A stretch of 64,000 nucleotides of DNA from NCBI GenBank assembly GCA_001724265.1, contig MEDY01000061.1, forward strand, positions 1 to 64,000, read 5' to 3'. Positions within the stretch are counted from its first letter, which is position 1; every line of letters begins with the position of its first letter. Source of the stretch: Rhizaria sp. SCN 62-66. Lineage: Eukaryota. Both the position numbers and the translations under genes were made by a program. Positions 61,705 to 64,000 of the stretch are shown here, in pieces. Under the pieces are notes generated by a model that made no database searches, was not told where the DNA came from, and saw only the letters and a program-made list of their open reading frames with translations.

Positions 61705-63577
61705 TCACTTCTTGTTGCTATTGAGCGGGCGGATGCAGAAGGTGGGGATCCCGGGGATGACGTAGCCCTTCTTGCTGAGCGCCGACAGCGCGTGCCCGAC
61801 GCTGGACGCGGGCGACAGCGTGATCTTGACGCCCGCGCCGTCCTCGTCGACGCGCTGCGCGTCCTCCATGAAGGACTGAGCCGTGCCGATCATCACGTAG
61901 ACCTCGATGTTAGACAGTGTGTACTCGCCCTTGGTGTCCCAACCCGGCGCCGCGGCCGCGGGCGGGAAGAGCTGCTTCAGCAGCGCCGAGATTGGGGCGC
62001 TCTCGTCCACGTCAGCAAAGTAGTCGCTTTGGGAGACATCGGGGTAGAGAAAAACCACAGGCCAGTGCAGACTGTTCTTGTCGTCGACGTACGGCTTCGC
62101 GTCGTACTGGCCCACAGACTCCTTGAACTGGGCCTCGCCGATCGTCACGCCGCGCTTCTTGATCACCGCGTCCAGCTTGGCCTAAATACAATGCATGGGA
62201 AAACAAGAGAATGAACATGAATGATGAGTTGTCATTCGAAACATTGACTAATAGATATATAGAATTTATGTCATCTAAAGCAAAAATATTATGGATAAAG
62301 CATATTTGAAAATTAAACACTAATTTCATGATCATTCGTGCAAATATTTATCCGCAAGTATTGCGTTTAGTGGGATTTAGCGTACCTGCACGAGAGCCTT
62401 GGCCTCCGCGTCGGCTTTCTTCTTGGCCAGACGGGCCCTCTCCGTGTCATCAGCACGCTTCCAGACCGGGACAATCTCCTTGGCAAGCGCCAGAAGCTGC
62501 TTCTGCTCAGCGCTCATGCCGCCATGAGCAGCAGCAGCCGCAGCGGGCTTCGCGTCGGTCCCAGCAGCAGCAGCAGCAGCAGCAGCAGGAGCAGCGGCGG
62601 CGGCGGTGGTGTCCTCAGGAGACTTCTCAGTCGTAGCCACCTCACCGTCTTTGGCAGCGGCGGCGCCGTTCTTAGCGGCGGCGACAGCCTGACTTTTGAG
62701 CATCGCGAGTCCCTGACGGCACATGACGAACGCCTGGGGATACTTGTGGAGCTTGAACAACGCCAGCGACGCGCGGTAGTAGGCCTTGGGCAAGTGGGCG
62801 TTCAGACCGAGGGCCTTGCCGCAGTCGCGGACGACGTAGCCGTAGTTCTCCAGGCCCAGGTGAGCCTGTAGATTAGCAAAGCGCAAGAACAAAGCAAGCA
62901 GCGAGTTACACAAAAAGAGATGAGTTGAAGCCACAGATAAACACATCTTCAGTTCAAACAAATGATACCACAAAATAATTATTAAACGAAGACAAAAAAT
63001 GCAATATTGATATTTCAATTAAGAGTTAACTATCGAGGCGTACCTGAGCACGATTGCAGTAGAGTGTGGCCTTGAGCTCGGCCTCGGCAGTCTTCTCCTT
63101 GGGGCCAACTTCGAGACTCTGCGTGTAAAACGCAATGGCTTCTTCGAGCTTCGCCTTGCGCGTGACCAGGCGGCGCGCGCGGTCCTCGCGCGTCTCGTTG
63201 GGCCGCGGTTCGTTCATACGCAGAGCGAGCTTGTAGCTGCGGTTGCCAGACTCCTTGTACTGGTGCATGCGCTTCTCCACGGGAACACTGTCGACAATCG
63301 ACTTGAGGGCCTTGAAGGCGTCCGACTCCTCACCGGGCGCCGGCATGTGCGTCGCCGTGAGCGGCATCGACTGGATCAGCTTCTCGATCTCCTCCGGAGT
63401 CTCGGGCAGCGGCGCGTTGTTGTTGGCGTACCGCGCCACGGCCTCGAACAACGCGTCCGACTCGTCCGACTCAAAGTCAATAGTGCCGTCGGGCGTGTAC
63501 TGGTTAATCATGTCGTTCAGCGCCGCAATCGCGGAACCAGAGTCCGCGGGCGCAGCCGGGGAAGTGTTGTCACTCAT
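61705..63577 (-). CDS. TTC4: TPR co-chaperone TTC4/CNS1 with C-terminal wheel domain, 3 exons
   Basis: Exons 63577-63044, 62865-62386 and 62181-61705. Motifs: YKESGNRSYK, LYCNRAQAHLGLENYG, KAYYRASLAL and HWPVVFLYPDVSQSDYF. Ends in TGA. Confidence 0.92.
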
Positions 63578-64000
63578 CAGGGGACGCTGGAGAGCGAAGT
63601 GAGAGGGTTGGAAAAGGTCTGCGGGAAGCGTTCGCAAATGCAAGAGTAGATTGGGTATATATGAGTGTTCCGTGCTATTAAAAAGTGAATGAATATTTCT
63701 CTATGGCGTGGTCTCTATAAATTCGTGCTAATGTTCACGTTGACGATCACTTCAAGGAAATCCTCTTGGTTTCGTAACAGCTTGCGGCCCGTAGCTTCCG
63801 GAACAAGCCGACAACCCGACTGAGGACAGTAACAATTGACAAAAGGAGAGTACAAGATCACATGTTTGTATTTTGGCGCTAAAACCGAGGAATCTAGATA
63901 AAGTACATTATTAACTATATAAATACCATGTTATTAGTATCACAAAGAACTTGAAGGACGAGGTATCCGACGAATTTTCAGTTTGGATGAGGTTGCGTTT

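Overview
Eukaryotic (protist-like) nuclear DNA with GC-rich exons and AT-rich GT-AG introns of about 110-275 nt. I reconstruct 15 apparently intact genes: copper nitrite reductase NirK with a mitochondrial-type presequence, STI1/HOP, PDS5, La, a giant CX5R phosphatase, MND1, NOP15/NIFK, mitochondrial uS13, proteasome beta1, STRAP, a FAF1-like protein, TRAPPC11, TTC4/CNS1 and two unknown membrane proteins. There is also one frameshifted Crinkler/RHS-like NTPase remnant. Main signals: (1) Probable variant nuclear genetic code with UAG read as sense, most likely Gln. Five in-frame TAGs interrupt otherwise continuous frames in PDS5 and the phosphatase, one inside a polyQ run, while the 15 genes end in TAA (10) or TGA (5) and never TAG. 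(2) A short imperfect palindrome, (T)CTAAG-TACCCC-CTTAG(A), is iterated inside the giant exons of four unrelated genes, in both orientations and several frames. (3) Conserved proteins are inflated about 2.5-3-fold by low-complexity inserts. (4) The splice donor is a near-invariant GTACG. All homology calls come from recalled motifs, not from database searches.
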